This document shows positions 8,822 to 16,133 of a stretch of DNA of 46,357 bases, piece after piece. Source of the stretch: an uncultured Verrucomicrobiota bacterium. GTDB lineage: Bacteria > Auribacterota > JABMQX01 > JAFGEW01. The notes beneath the pieces were generated by a model, which saw only the letters and a list, made by a program, of their open reading frames with translations, was not told where the DNA came from and searched no databases. Every line of letters begins with the position of its first letter. Position 1 is the first letter of the stretch. Where the stretch lies: contig CAZCQN010000005.1 of NCBI GenBank assembly GCA_964500825.1, positions 1 through 46,357 on the forward strand. The letters are read 5' to 3'. Both the position numbers and the translations under genes were made by a program.

Positions 8822-9787
8822 ATGAACGAGTACCTCAAGCTCCTGACGCTCGAGCGCGGCGACCGCCGCATGCGCCTCCGCTCGCCCGCCAAGATCAACC
8901 TTTTCCTCGAGCCGCTGCGCAAGCGGCCGGACGGCTACCACGAGATCGTCACCGTGATGCAGACGATTGACCTGTGCGACGAGCTTGAGATCGAGCTCGG
9001 CGGCACCGGGATCGAGCTCGAGTGTGATGACCCCGAGCTGCCGCGTGGTCCGGAGAATCTCGCTTACCAGGCGGCCGAGGCGTTCGCCGGAGCGACGCGA
9101 CTCGAGCAGGGCGTCCGCATCCGGCTGTCGAAGCGGATCCCGGTCGGCGGCGGCTTGGGCGGTGGGAGCAGCAACGCCGGAACGACGCTGCTCGGGCTGA
9201 GCGCGCTGACCGGGTGGCCGCTGAGCCCGCGCCAACTTGGCCGGATGGCGGCGTTGTTGGGTTCGGACGTATCGTTTTTTCTTTATGGTGGAACAGCCTT
9301 GTGCCGGGGGAAAGGTGAACGGGTGAAGGCGCTGAAGCCCGCGCCCGAGTTCTGGATTGTGCTGGTGACACCAGCCATGAGGGTCTCGACTCGGCTGGCT
9401 TACGAACGGCTCACTTTTGACTTGACAAAGCGCCATGGTGTCCGCAGAATGTTACGATCAATCAACGATTCCGATGTGTGTGCGCTCCGCGAGAGCCTTC
9501 ACAATGGCCTCGCCGAGGCGGTCTTCGGGCAATACCCGCCTCTGGAGCGGCTTCACAAGGAGGTGACAGGAGAAGGCCTGCCCTATTCACAGCTTTCTGG
9601 AAGCGGTTCGACTCTGTACGGAGTCTGCTGCAGTGGAGCCGAAGCGACCGCGTTGAGGCACCAATTGCGGCGTCGGTTGTCCGGCGATGTCTTTGTTGCA
9701 GTAGCGAGGAACCGACTCGCGCCAGCCAAGGAGATCGGGAATGGAAATCACCGAGGTGAGGATCAGCCTAAGGGAGGCAGGCAATAG
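8822..9787 (+). CDS. ispE: 4-diphosphocytidyl-2-C-methyl-D-erythritol kinase
   Basis: PAKINLFL, RPDGYHEI, KRIPVGGGLGGGSSNAG, LGSDV and SGSGS motifs, in the canonical ispE-tRNAGln-prs context. Start set at ATG 8822. Confidence 0.96.
   Translation: MNEYLKLLTLERGDRRMRLRSPAKINLFLEPLRKRPDGYHEIVTVMQTIDLCDELEIELGGTGIELECDDPELPRGPENLAYQAAEAFAGATRLEQGVRIRLSKRIPVGGGLGGGSSNAGTTLLGLSALTGWPLSPRQLGRMAALLGSDVSFFLYGGTALCRGKGERVKALKPAPEFWIVLVTPAMRVSTRLAYERLTFDLTKRHGVRRMLRSINDSDVCALRESLHNGLAEAVFGQYPPLERLHKEVTGEGLPYSQLSGSGSTLYGVCCSGAEATALRHQLRRRLSGDVFVAVARNRLAPAKEIGNGNHRGEDQPKGGRQ
9422..9450 (+). promoter_or_regulatory. putative promoter internal to ispE serving spoVG/tRNA/prs
   Basis: Perfect TTGACA (9422-9427), 17 bp, CAGAAT (9445-9450), within a visibly more AT-rich part of ispE. 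Confidence 0.45.
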
Positions 9788-10142
9788 GAAACTGAAGGCT
9801 TTTGCCGCGGTCACGTTCGATGACGATTTCGTCGTGCGCGACATCAAGGTGATCGAGGGACGGCAGGGGCTGTTTGTCGCGATGCCGAGCACGAAGGTCA
9901 CTGATAACTGCCCCGCCTGCGGCAGGAAGAACCCCCTTCGAAGCGAGTATTGCAGCCATTGCGGCCACAATCTAAGCGACGCCGGGCACATGAGTGATCC
10001 TGCCGACCAGCGCGAGGAGCACCGCGACATTTGCCATCCCATCCGGTCCGAATTCCGGCACTACATCCAAACGCAGATCGTGAACGCCTACCTGCAGAAG
10101 GTGGGTGCCGCCGCAGAGCAGCCCGGCCGGCGCACCTACTGA
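9741..10142 (+). CDS. spoVG: SpoVG family nucleic-acid-binding protein with inserted zinc ribbon
   Basis: MEITEVRI..., LKAFAAVTFDDDFVVRDIKVIEG..GLFVAMPS and DICHPI motifs, with a CPAC...CSHC insertion. Overlaps the ispE 3' end by 47 bp. Confidence 0.93.
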   Translation: MEITEVRISLREAGNRKLKAFAAVTFDDDFVVRDIKVIEGRQGLFVAMPSTKVTDNCPACGRKNPLRSEYCSHCGHNLSDAGHMSDPADQREEHRDICHPIRSEFRHYIQTQIVNAYLQKVGAAAEQPGRRTY

Positions 10143-10224
10143 GGTGTCCGTTCCGGGCGGGCTGGACGTGCGTTCGCGGCGGTCCGGCCAGCCCCGGCGA
10201 TGTCCGGCCCGGGCACCGTTTTTT
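10143..10224 (+). terminator. GC-rich stem-loop followed by T-run after spoVG (possible intrinsic terminator)
   Basis: GGGCTGGAC (10159-10167) can pair with GTCCGGCCC (10202-10210), and GGTGTCC (10143-10149) with GGGCACC (10211-10217). Followed by TTTTTT (10219-10224). Confidence 0.4.
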
Positions 10225-10225
10225 G

Positions 10226-10255
10226 TTGACACTCGTCGGTGACACACCATATACG
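10226..10255 (+). promoter_or_regulatory. putative promoter for tRNA-Gln/prs operon
   Basis: TTGACA (10226-10231), 18 bp, TATACG (10250-10255), about 60 bp upstream of the tRNA. Confidence 0.5.
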
Positions 10256-10317
10256 GATGTGTTTCGACTTCTCTCGTGGAAGCGGCTGTGTGTAGTGGCG
10301 GCACCCGGCCGAGCGGA

Positions 10318-10391
10318 TGGGGCGTCGCCAAGCGGTAAGGCACGAGACTTTGGATCTCGCACCGGAGGTTCGAGTCCTCCCGCCCCAGCCA
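10318..10391 (+). tRNA. tRNA-Gln (anticodon UUG)
   Basis: TGGGGCG/CGCCCCA acceptor stem, D-arm GCC AAGCGGTAA GGC, anticodon arm CGAGA-CTTTGGA-TCTCG, T-arm GGAGG-TTCGAGT-CCTCC and an encoded CCA end. Confidence 0.97.
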
Positions 10392-10491
10392 GAGGCCTCC
10401 GGTGCTAGTCTGCGAAGTAGCTTCGCTATGTAGCACGAGCACGCGTCAATGGGAGTGAGCGGGAGCGAGCGCCTCTCGCCCGCAGGGTACC

Positions 10492-11436
10492 ATGCACAGA
10501 GAGATTAAGCTGTTTTCAGGCCTGGCGAACACCGAGCTGGCGGACAAGATCAGCAAGCGGGTCAACGTCCCCCTTGGCCAGATCGAGATCTCGCGCTTCC
10601 CGGACGGCGAGGTGTTCATCCGGATCCTCGAGAACGTCCGGGGCTGGGACGTGTTTGTTATACAGCCGACGGTGCCCGACCCGAACGAGAGCCTCATGGA
10701 GCTGCTCGTGATGATCGACGCGTTCCGGCGCGCGTCGGCCGAGCGGATCACGGCCGTGATCCCCTGTTATGGCTACGCGCGGCAGGACCGGAAGGATCAG
10801 CCGCGGGTGCCGATCTCGGCGAAGCTTGTGGCGAACCTGATCGTGGCGGCCGGGGCGAACCGGGTGCTCACGGTCGATCTGCACGCGGGGCAGATCCAGG
10901 GCTTTTTCGACATCCCGCTCGACAACCTGTACGCATTCCCGGTGTTCAGCGACTACATCCGGGCGATGAAGTTGAAGGATCCGGTGGTTGTCTCGCCCGA
11001 CGTGGGTGGGCTCAAGATCGCCGCGTCCTACTCGAGCCACCTCCGGCTGCCGCTGGCCGCGGTTGACAAGCGGCGGCTGAACGACATGGAGGTGGCCGCG
11101 ACCGGCATCATCGGCGACGTCAAGGGGTGCGACGTGGTGCTCGTCGACGACATGGTCACCACGGCGGGCTCGCTCGCGGAGGCGGCGCGGATAGCCAAGG
11201 AGTTCGGCGCGCGCGACGTGTACGCGTGCGTCACCCACGGCATTCTCGTCGGCCCGGCGATGGAGCGGCTCGAGGCGTCGCCCATGAAGCGACTTGTGAT
11301 CACCGACACCGTGAGATCGAACGGGTGCGAGGAGCGGTCGAGTTTCGACGTGCACCGCCTGACCGTGTCGGACTTGCTCGGGCAGGCGATTATCCGGATT
11401 CATCGGAGCGAGTCAGTTAGCTCACTGTTCTTCTGA
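10492..11436 (+). CDS. prs: ribose-phosphate pyrophosphokinase
   Basis: FPDGE, YGYARQDRK, DLHAGQIQGFF, VSPDVGG and LVDDMVTTAGS motifs. Confidence 0.98.
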   Translation: MHREIKLFSGLANTELADKISKRVNVPLGQIEISRFPDGEVFIRILENVRGWDVFVIQPTVPDPNESLMELLVMIDAFRRASAERITAVIPCYGYARQDRKDQPRVPISAKLVANLIVAAGANRVLTVDLHAGQIQGFFDIPLDNLYAFPVFSDYIRAMKLKDPVVVSPDVGGLKIAASYSSHLRLPLAAVDKRRLNDMEVAATGIIGDVKGCDVVLVDDMVTTAGSLAEAARIAKEFGARDVYACVTHGILVGPAMERLEASPMKRLVITDTVRSNGCEERSSFDVHRLTVSDLLGQAIIRIHRSESVSSLFF

Positions 11437-11487
11437 CCCGACTACGGCGCGTCACCCTGTTGACGGCTCAAGATTGGAGCGACATCT

Positions 11488-12174
11488 ATGGCAGGAATCA
11501 GTTTGAAAGCCGAGCGCCGCGACCGGTTCGGCAAGGAGCAGGCGCGCAAGTTGCGCCGCGACGGCAAGGTGCCCGGCATCGTGTACGGTCGCCATATCGA
11601 GGAGCCGATCCCGATCGAGCTCGACGAGCGCGAGGTTTTCGGCCTCACGCACGGCAGCCACGCCGGCTCGATCGAGAGCATCGTGATCGACCTCGAGATC
11701 AAGGACGGGCGCAAGAAGATCAAGCGGCCGGCGCTGATCAAGGAGGTGCAGACGGACCCGCTTCGTGGTATCGTGCTGCACGTCGACTTGAACGAGATCT
11801 CGCTCACCGAGCGGATCCACACTCGCGTGCCGGTCATCGGCAAGGGCGAGTGCAAGGGCGAGAAGCTCGGTGGGATCCTGGAACAGGTGATCCGCGAGAT
11901 CGAGATGTCGTGCTTGCCGGCGGATATGCCCGAGGCGATCACGGTGGACGTGTCGGAGCTCTTGCCGCACCAGTCGATCAAGGTGGGCGATCTCGACCTG
12001 GGAGACAAGGTTGAGGTCCTCACCGACAAGAGCCAGCCGCTGTTCACCGTCATCGTGCCGCGCGTCGTCGCGGCCGAGGTCGCCGAGGAAGCAGCCGAGG
12101 AAGGCGCGGCCGAGGAAGAAGGGGCCGAGCCGGAGGTGATCGGCGAGGAGACGCCCAAGGCCGAGGAGAAGTAG
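11488..12174 (+). CDS. rplY: 50S ribosomal protein L25/general stress protein Ctc
   Basis: GK..ARKLRRDGKVPGIVYG, KEVQ.DP....LHVD, the Ctc C-terminal domain and an acidic tail; prs-rplY-pth synteny. Confidence 0.96.
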   Translation: MAGISLKAERRDRFGKEQARKLRRDGKVPGIVYGRHIEEPIPIELDEREVFGLTHGSHAGSIESIVIDLEIKDGRKKIKRPALIKEVQTDPLRGIVLHVDLNEISLTERIHTRVPVIGKGECKGEKLGGILEQVIREIEMSCLPADMPEAITVDVSELLPHQSIKVGDLDLGDKVEVLTDKSQPLFTVIVPRVVAAEVAEEAAEEGAAEEEGAEPEVIGEETPKAEEK

Positions 12175-12198
12175 CCGAGGCGGCCGATCGCGGGCGGC

Positions 12199-12822
12199 AT
12201 GGCTCCGGCCGAACCGATGATAGTCGTGGTTGGACTTGGCAACCCGGGGAGGCGGTACCGGCGCACGCGGCACAACATCGGGTTCCGCGTCGTCGACGAA
12301 CTGGCGCGTCGGCGTGGGGCTCGGTTGCGGCGCTCATCGAGGTGGGCCGCCCGCATGGCGCGGCTCGACGAGGCGGGTCGTCCCGTGTTCCTCGTCGAGC
12401 CGCAGACATATATGAACCGCAGCGGCCTCGCCGTGCGTGCGGCGATCTCGGCGCTCGGCGTCGTCGACGAGCTGCTCGTTGTGCTTGACGATGTGTACCT
12501 GTCGCTTGGGCGGCTCCGTGTTCGCCGCGGCGGCGGCGACGGCGGCCATAACGGTCTGCGGTCGATCATCGACGAGGTCGGGTCGAGCGACTTCGCCCGG
12601 CTGCGCGTCGGCGTGGGCACCTCGTCGGCGGGCGAGCTCAGCGACCACGTGCTCAGCAGGTTCGAGCGGTCGGAGCGTTCGCTCGTGCGCCGTATCGTGG
12701 CTGCAGCGGCCGACGCGGCGGCGACGGTGATCGACGAGGGTGTCGAGTCGGCCATGAACAAGTTCAACGGGATTGACCTGGCCACGGACGGGTTACACGA
12801 AGCCCTGGAGGAGTCGGTTTGA
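12199..12822 (+). CDS. pth: peptidyl-tRNA hydrolase
   Basis: VGLGNPG..Y..TRHNIGF, PQTYMNRSG, GGHNGLRSI and RLRVGVG motifs. Confidence 0.97.
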   Translation: MAPAEPMIVVVGLGNPGRRYRRTRHNIGFRVVDELARRRGARLRRSSRWAARMARLDEAGRPVFLVEPQTYMNRSGLAVRAAISALGVVDELLVVLDDVYLSLGRLRVRRGGGDGGHNGLRSIIDEVGSSDFARLRVGVGTSSAGELSDHVLSRFERSERSLVRRIVAAAADAAATVIDEGVESAMNKFNGIDLATDGLHEALEESV

Positions 12823-13310
12823 ACGCGTACGAGTGCATGTACATTATCCAGACGAACCTCTCTGACGAGGAAACGGACAAGGCGAACGCCCGGATCGCCG
12901 AGGAGATCGAGAAGCGAGGCGGCTCGGTGGTTCACCGCGAGCGGCTCGGCAAGAAGCGGCTTGCCTACCCGATCGCCAAGCACGACGACGGCACATACCA
13001 CCTGATGTATTTCGAGCTCCCGCCCGGCGAGATCACCGCGTTGCGCGCCGCGTATCGGCTCCACCCGCGCCTGCTTCGTTCGCTGATCTTGCGCAAGGAG
13101 CCCGAGGAGATCCCGAAGCCGCACAAGCGCGGGCCTGCGCGGTCCGAGAAGGCCGAGACGGCCCCGGAGACAACGCAAGAGGAACCGACCGGCGGCGAGC
13201 AGGACCAGGCTGAGGCGCCGACGACCGAGCCCGAGGCCCAGGCCGAGCCGGCGGCCGAGCAACCACCTGCCCCGTCGGGGTCGGAAGCGGAGCCGGATCG
13301 ACAGGAGTAA
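12819..13310 (+). CDS. rpsF: 30S ribosomal protein S6 with long Glu/Ala/Pro-rich C-terminal tail
   Basis: YECMYII, LGKKRLAYPI.K..G.Y and LRSLILR motifs. TTG start overlaps the pth stop, with GGAGG upstream. Confidence 0.93.
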   Translation: MNAYECMYIIQTNLSDEETDKANARIAEEIEKRGGSVVHRERLGKKRLAYPIAKHDDGTYHLMYFELPPGEITALRAAYRLHPRLLRSLILRKEPEEIPKPHKRGPARSEKAETAPETTQEEPTGGEQDQAEAPTTEPEAQAEPAAEQPPAPSGSEAEPDRQE

Positions 13311-13313
13311 GTC

Positions 13314-13775
13314 ATGGCGAGTCTGAACAAGGTCTTCCTGATGGGCAACCTCACGCGGGATCCCGAGCTGCGCTACACGCCGGACGGCACGCCGGTGGCC
13401 GATCTGCGCTTGGCGGTAACGGAACGCTACACGAGCCGCAGCGGCGATCAGGCGGAGAACACGCTGTTTATCGATGTGGTGGCGTGGCGCCGGCAGGCCG
13501 AGACGGCGAGCGAGTTCCTCTCGAAGGGCCGACCCGTGCTCGTCGAGGGGCGCCTCAAGCTCGATGAATGGGAGAACCAGCAAGGCGAGAAGCGCTCAAA
13601 GATCCGGGTCGTCGCCCAGCGCATCCAGTTCCTCGGCAGCCCGCGGGGCGCCGAGGGCGGCGATGCTCGCTCGTCGGCTGGCGCCGCGCGGGATCGTCCC
13701 CCGGCCCCGGCCGAGAAAGCCCCGGACGAGGTGCCCGGCCCCGAGGACGTGGGCGAGGACGATATCCCGTTCTAG
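13314..13775 (+). CDS. ssb: single-stranded DNA-binding protein
   Basis: LNKVFLMGNLTRDPELRYT, KGRPVLVEGRL and C-terminal DDIPF. Confidence 0.98.
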   Translation: MASLNKVFLMGNLTRDPELRYTPDGTPVADLRLAVTERYTSRSGDQAENTLFIDVVAWRRQAETASEFLSKGRPVLVEGRLKLDEWENQQGEKRSKIRVVAQRIQFLGSPRGAEGGDARSSAGAARDRPPAPAEKAPDEVPGPEDVGEDDIPF

Positions 13776-13838
13776 GCCGCCCGTGGCGGGCTGGTGCGGC
13801 AACGAGCAGGACGAGAACAGAAGGGAGAGACAACGCAC

Positions 13839-14075
13839 ATGGGGAAGCGATTCACCCGGCGCGGCCCGTTCCGCCGGAAGCGGTGCCGGTTCTGCGTGGA
13901 TAAGATCAAGACGGTTGACTACAAGGACGTGCAGCGGCTGCGCAAGTGCGTGACCGACCGCGGCAAGATCATCCCGCGGCGGATTTCGGCCACCTGCGCG
14001 CGCCACCAGCGCCAGTTGACGGTGGCGATCAAGCGCGCACGCTACCTGGCCATGTTGCCGTACGTGGCCGACTAA
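13839..14075 (+). CDS. rpsR: 30S ribosomal protein S18 (zinc-binding C+ form)
   Basis: [25 protein letters not shown] and IKRAR motifs. Start set at ATG 13839; the ORF track starts at 13794. Confidence 0.96.
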   Translation: MGKRFTRRGPFRRKRCRFCVDKIKTVDYKDVQRLRKCVTDRGKIIPRRISATCARHQRQLTVAIKRARYLAMLPYVAD

Positions 14076-14100
14076 GGGTGCAGGCAACAGGGATACAGCG

Positions 14101-14544
14101 ATGGACATACTGCTGATCAAGGACGTTGACAAGCTCGGACGCGAGGGCGACATCGTTACGGTCGCCGACGGGTACGCGCGCAACTACCTGATCCCGCGCA
14201 AAATCGCGATGACCGCGAGCGCCCAGGCGGTCAAGCTCCAGAAGAAGATCCGGGCCGAGCGGATCGCCAGAGAGGCGGCCGAACAGCGCGACTTCGAGGA
14301 GCTGGCCGAGAGACTATCGAATGTTTCGGTCACCATCCCCGTCAAGGTAGGCGAGGACGAGCAGCTCTACGGGTCGGTCACCGGGCAGGATATCGCCGAG
14401 TTGCTCAAGGAAGAAGGGTTCGCGATCGACCGGAAGAAGATCGTTTTGGAGAACCCGATCAGGGCCCTCGGCGTCTACGCAATAGAGATCCGGCTTCATC
14501 CGGAGGTCGCCGCGACGGTCAAGTTGTGGGTTGTCAAGGAGTAG
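14101..14544 (+). CDS. rplI: 50S ribosomal protein L9
   Basis: LG..GDIVTVADGYARNYLIP, LYGSVT, PIRALG and LHPEV motifs. Confidence 0.97.
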   Translation: MDILLIKDVDKLGREGDIVTVADGYARNYLIPRKIAMTASAQAVKLQKKIRAERIAREAAEQRDFEELAERLSNVSVTIPVKVGEDEQLYGSVTGQDIAELLKEEGFAIDRKKIVLENPIRALGVYAIEIRLHPEVAATVKLWVVKE

Positions 14545-14628
14545 CCACGGGCCTCGGCGCGGTGACCGTGCAGGGTTCGTGCCATGGCGCGCACACGTTG
14601 ATGGAGCTGCTGCGGGGGAGGTTGCGGA

Positions 14629-16053
14629 ATGGCTCCTGAGCCGCTCGCCGACAGTATCCGGCTTGACAAGGTTCCACCGCACGACCTCGACGCGGAGATG
14701 GCCGCGCTCGGGTGCGCGCTCATCGACCGCGAGGCGCTCGACAAGATAGGCGAGCACCTCCAGCCCGAGATGTTCTATCACCGGCCCCACCAGACCATCT
14801 GCCGCGTGCTGCTCGAGCTGTACGAGCGCCGGATGGACGTGGACTTCAACACGGTGGCCGAGCGCTTGCGTACGCTCAGTGTGCTCGACGAGGTTGGCGG
14901 CGCCATCTACCTGACGGACCTGATCGACCGCGTCGCCACGGCCGCGCACGTCGATTCGTACATCCGCATCGTGCGCGGCAAGTACCTGCTCCGGTCGCTC
15001 ATCACGGTATCGACCCAGGTTGTTGGGCGCTGCTACACGAGCGCCGAGGAGCCCGAGGATCTGCTCGACGAGGCCGAGCGCGCCATTTTCTCGATCGCCG
15101 AGAAGAAGGTGGCGGAGAGCTACCGCGAGATGAAGCCGCTGGTGTCGGGGACCGTGGACACGATCGAGCGGCTCTGGGAAGACCAGCATTACGTCACGGG
15201 CGTCCCCAGCGGGTTCCACGACGTGGACGAGCTCACGAGCGGCTTTCAGAACTCGGAGATGATCGTCATTGCCGCGCGGCCGTCGATCGGCAAGACGGCG
15301 CTCTCGCTGCAGATCGCCGAGCACTGCGCCGTCGACCGCAAGATCCCGGTGGCGATCTTCAGCCTCGAGATGGCCGCGGAACAGCTCACGCACCGGCTCC
15401 TGTGCTCGCGCTCGCGCATGAACGCGCAGGACGTGCGGCGCGGCATCTTCAAGAAGGACAAGTGGCCCGACATCGTCAAGGCGGCGAACGAGCTGACGCT
15501 CGCGCCGATCTACGTCAACGACACGCCGAGCCTGACCCCGCTGCAGCTTCGGGCGGTGGCGCGGCGGCTCAAGGCGACCAACGACGTCGGCCTGGTCATC
15601 GTCGATTACCTCCAGCTCATGACTGCGGGCCTGCGGCGTCAGGAGAACCGCCAGCAAGAGATCTCGGAGATCTCGCGGTCACTCAAGGGCCTCGCGCGCG
15701 AGTTGAAGGTGCCCGTGATTGTCTGCAGCCAGCTCAACCGCGAGGTCGAGTCGCGCCCCGGGCGGCGGCCGCAGTTGTCGGACCTGCGCGAGTCGGGCGC
15801 GATCGAGCAGGACGCCGACGTCGTCATGCTGCTCGCGCGCCCGGACTTCTACGATCCGAACGACCACCCCGGGGTCGCGTCCGTGATTCTGGCCAAGCAG
15901 CGCAACGGCCCCACTGGCGAGGCGAAACTTACGTTCCTGAAGAAGTACACCCGGTTCGAGCCGCTTGCCCGGGCCGGCGCCGCGCGTTCCGCAACGGGCG
16001 CTGAGGGGAGCCCGCTGGCCGGCGGCGAGGAGCCGTTCGATGTCGACATCTAG
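14629..16053 (+). CDS. dnaB: replicative DNA helicase
   Basis: VPPHD..AE, IAARPSIGKT (Walker A), FSLEM, IVDYLQL, DLRESGAIEQDAD and AKQRNGP motifs. No intein. Confidence 0.98.
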   Translation: MAPEPLADSIRLDKVPPHDLDAEMAALGCALIDREALDKIGEHLQPEMFYHRPHQTICRVLLELYERRMDVDFNTVAERLRTLSVLDEVGGAIYLTDLIDRVATAAHVDSYIRIVRGKYLLRSLITVSTQVVGRCYTSAEEPEDLLDEAERAIFSIAEKKVAESYREMKPLVSGTVDTIERLWEDQHYVTGVPSGFHDVDELTSGFQNSEMIVIAARPSIGKTALSLQIAEHCAVDRKIPVAIFSLEMAAEQLTHRLLCSRSRMNAQDVRRGIFKKDKWPDIVKAANELTLAPIYVNDTPSLTPLQLRAVARRLKATNDVGLVIVDYLQLMTAGLRRQENRQQEISEISRSLKGLARELKVPVIVCSQLNREVESRPGRRPQLSDLRESGAIEQDADVVMLLARPDFYDPNDHPGVASVILAKQRNGPTGEAKLTFLKKYTRFEPLARAGAARSATGAEGSPLAGGEEPFDVDI

Positions 16054-16056
16054 CCG

Positions 16057-16092
16057 GCCCGCCCGCGGCGGGCACGCCCGCCTGCGGCGGGC
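16057..16092. repeat. two tandem 17-bp palindromes GCCCGCC-NGC-GGCGGGC
   Basis: GCCCGCC CGC GGCGGGC at 16057-16073 and GCCCGCC TGC GGCGGGC at 16076-16092, directly after the dnaB stop. Confidence 0.7.
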
Positions 16093-16133
16093 AAGCTTGT
16101 GACGCTCGCGTTCACTGACGAGAGGAGGATGGG

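Noticed and set aside
10402-10436. GTGCTA...TAGCAC inverted repeat resembling the half-sites of the 23624 dyad
   Set aside because: The half-sites are in the opposite orientation with different spacing. It is better explained as an RNA hairpin (inner GCGAAG/CTTCGC stem) after the tRNA.
10318-10491. tRNA-Gln as an integration site for a genomic island
   Set aside because: No integrase, no duplicated tRNA 3' end noticed, and native synteny with prs is intact.
12780-12822. S6:S18 autoregulatory leader upstream of rpsF
   Set aside because: A small hairpin (GGGTT...AGCCC) precedes the SD, but I could not match the conserved CCC-internal-loop architecture, and the region is also pth coding sequence.
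11442-13583. 713-aa minus-strand ORF, and similar long antisense or off-frame ORFs (e.g. 16218-18521, 21274-23049, 27372-29111, 34333-35877)
   Set aside because: They lie opposite well-supported genes, carry no recognisable motifs and are expected as shadow ORFs in high-GC DNA.
14629-16053. Intein in dnaB
   Set aside because: The protein is normal length (474 aa) with contiguous helicase motifs.
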